Made by a program: the position numbers and the translations under genes. A stretch of DNA of 64,000 nucleotides, taken from assembly GCA_965248535.1 (NCBI GenBank), contig CBDFJR010000005.1, positions 512,001 through 576,000 on the forward strand, read 5' to 3'. Shown here piece after piece: positions 62,191-64,000 of the stretch (position 1 is the first letter of the stretch; each line of letters starts with the position of its first letter). The DNA is from Phormidesmis sp. (lineage in GTDB: Bacteria; Cyanobacteriota; Cyanobacteriia; Leptolyngbyales; Leptolyngbyaceae). Under the pieces are notes generated by a model, which made no database searches, had not been told where the DNA came from, and saw only the letters and a list, made by a program, of their open reading frames with translations.

Positions 62191-63459
62191 TCAATGTTTA
62201 GGCTTAAAAAAGACCGATCGAGTGGCCCAAAGGGTAAATAAGGGCATCGCTATCAGATGAATCATCAGAACAGCCGCCGCAACGCCCACTGCCTGCCAGT
62301 GCACACCAATCAGGAGCGCAGCTAAAAACAGAATGCTGAACAACACATCCCAACGCAACACCAAATGAGGCTTATCAACGGCTATTAACAATTGAGAAGC
62401 AGCTTCTGCAAAGGGTCGAGGAATCGCTGATAGACAGATCAGCATCAGCACCGGAACGGCGACAACCCACTTAGGGCTAAACAGAATTGGCACATAGATG
62501 GGAGCCAAGCTGACTTGCAGCAAAACGAGAGGAATAATCACAAAGGCGATTGTTTTAAGACCATTGAAATAACGCTGTTTAAACGTCTCAAACTCCGATC
62601 GTGCTTCACAAAGGTAAGGGAAGATTGCCGTTCCGAGGGCACTGGTGATGCTTAAACTGATTCCTAACCCTGCATTAAAACCAAAAAAATAAATCCCTAA
62701 TTGTTCAATCCCCAAAAATCGGCCGACAATTAAATAATCTAAGTTATTTCTGACCGCTTTTAGAAGTTGTCCTCCTAAAATATTTTTGCCAAAGCCAGCG
62801 ATCTCACTCCAGCGATGGGTCGTAAACCCAGAGGTCGGCTTCCAGTCGTGATTGATGTTGTAGATCACCACACCAACGGGAGCCACTAGCACCCCTGGTA
62901 GCACGATCGACCACAAGCCAAAATGCTGAGAGGCCAGAACTGCCGAAAGAATATAGCTGAGAGAGTTTTGCACCGTGTTGTGAATTGCCGTGATCTTCAA
63001 CCGATTTTCTCGTTGAATTAACGCATTCTTAACGGCAGATAATGGCCAAATTAAGTAGGGTGCCCCAGCCACACAAATCGGTAAGATCAAGCGGCTGTCG
63101 TGGTAAAACCAGGAAACCGGGAAAGCAACCAGACTTTGAATGATAAATAGACTGACAAAAATCACCCAGTTTAACCAATAGCCAGAGTTGCTCAGTTCAT
63201 TAACGTTCTCGTCGTCAGCCTGGATGATCTTCGCATTTACGCCAAAATCCATGAATACACGGGTGAATTCTGAAACCGCTAGCACGATCGCGGCCAAGCC
63301 ATAATCATAAGAGTTTAGAAAGCGTGCCAAAACTACCACGACTCCTAAGCGGCAAATGCGGGGGATCAATTCTGAAAGCCCTAGCCAGCTAATATTGCGA
63401 ATAAACTGGCTAGAAAACTTTGCCCTGACTTTGCTGCTGAGTTGCTCTATAAAGCCCAT
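62191..63459 (-). CDS. Polysaccharide flippase (Wzx-like)
   Basis: Polytopic; LARFL..DYG, NNLDYLIVGRFLG...LGIY; likely start MGFIEQL. Confidence 0.9.
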   Translation of the reverse strand: MGFIEQLSSKVRAKFSSQFIRNISWLGLSELIPRICRLGVVVVLARFLNSYDYGLAAIVLAVSEFTRVFMDFGVNAKIIQADDENVNELSNSGYWLNWVIFVSLFIIQSLVAFPVSWFYHDSRLILPICVAGAPYLIWPLSAVKNALIQRENRLKITAIHNTVQNSLSYILSAVLASQHFGLWSIVLPGVLVAPVGVVIYNINHDWKPTSGFTTHRWSEIAGFGKNILGGQLLKAVRNNLDYLIVGRFLGIEQLGIYFFGFNAGLGISLSITSALGTAIFPYLCEARSEFETFKQRYFNGLKTIAFVIIPLVLLQVSLAPIYVPILFSPKWVVAVPVLMLICLSAIPRPFAEAASQLLIAVDKPHLVLRWDVLFSILFLAALLIGVHWQAVGVAAAVLMIHLIAMPLFTLWATRSVFFKPKH

Positions 63460-63602
63460 AATTTGAGGTAGTTGGATAATAAGTAGAATGCCTGGCACTC
63501 AACAGAATAGAGCAACTGTCTACGGACAAAAGCTTGATTAGCAGAATAAAATATGGAGATTTTCGATCTTTAGAAACTGCACCTCTGATCCATCACTAGA
63601 CC

Positions 63603-63611
63603 AGTACTCCC
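63603..63611 (-). promoter_or_regulatory. SigJ-like box GGGAGTACT upstream of the flippase
   Basis: One mismatch to GGGAATACT; intergenic and correctly oriented for wzx. Confidence 0.4.
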
Positions 63612-63633
63612 CATATCTTCTAGAAAATAACCT

Positions 63634-63999
63634 TCACTCTCTCGCTTGAAAGCCCATTCCCAGCATAAACAAGCCGGGCCAATAGAGATAAACGGCCGCT
63701 TCGATGTTGGCACCACTCGTGCAAATTGCTAGGAGCACGATCATCGTCAGCCCTACTTTGGCGTTTTGGCTCTTCTGAGCTTTGACCAACAGATCCGCAA
63801 ACGTCCACAGCAAAGGAAATAGAAAGGCAAAGAACCCGATCGTGCCTCGCAGATAGAGGAGGTCAGGCCACTGATTGTGAGTTCCGATCGGAATCCCTTC
63901 GGTGGTGGCAGGGCCGCGTTCAGCCACAAAGCCATGCCCCCATGTTTGGGCTTCGGTCTCCCATTTATAGAGAGCGATTTCTGAAAGCTTACTTCTGAC
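63634..63999 (-). CDS. O-antigen ligase/polymerase (Wzy/WaaL-like), 5'-truncated
   Basis: Frame open to the window edge: VRSKLSEIALYKWETEAQTWGHG...IPIGTHNQWPDLLYLRGTIG. Confidence 0.8.
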   Translation of the reverse strand, partial: VRSKLSEIALYKWETEAQTWGHGFVAERGPATTEGIPIGTHNQWPDLLYLRGTIGFFAFLFPLLWTFADLLVKAQKSQNAKVGLTMIVLLAICTSGANIEAAVYLYWPGLFMLGMGFQARE

Positions 64000-64000
64000 T

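Larger units (their letters stand above)
1..64000. repeat. HIP1 octamer GCGATCGC dispersed throughout
   Basis: Many copies, e.g. 2552, 4263, 11243 and 11255, 24364; not counted exhaustively. Confidence 0.95.

Overview
64 kb of a cyanobacterial chromosome. The evidence is the dense HIP1 octamer GCGATCGC plus petB/petD, chlB, pxcA, ctpA and vipp1. The gene set and STRR/REP-like repeats suggest a filamentous lineage, which is inference only. About 55 protein genes are present, mostly housekeeping: photosynthesis, cofactor and lipid synthesis, proteases, two-component signalling, a MazF/PemK toxin-antitoxin pair and the distal part of an exopolysaccharide cluster. I see no rRNA, tRNA, CRISPR array, prophage or intact transposase, and I cannot point to a complete, clearly novel multi-gene system. 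The most unusual observations are: (1) a full-length site-2 protease whose HExxH motif is replaced by RSLAC, with a HIP1 site lying exactly over it; (2) an unannotated orphan Rpn-type C-terminal (antitoxin-like) module with its own AGGAGG RBS but an ATA/CTG start; (3) a helicase-like gene interrupted by one in-frame TGA in a linker; (4) a membrane-protein gene split by a 1-nt frameshift; (5) a sensor kinase with a Cys-less LOV-like PAS and a degenerate cyanobacteriochrome-type GAF; (6) two adjacent CTAG-bounded MITE-like elements; (7) SigJ/SigF-like promoter boxes upstream of surface and EPS genes. Family assignments come from motif recognition, not database searches.
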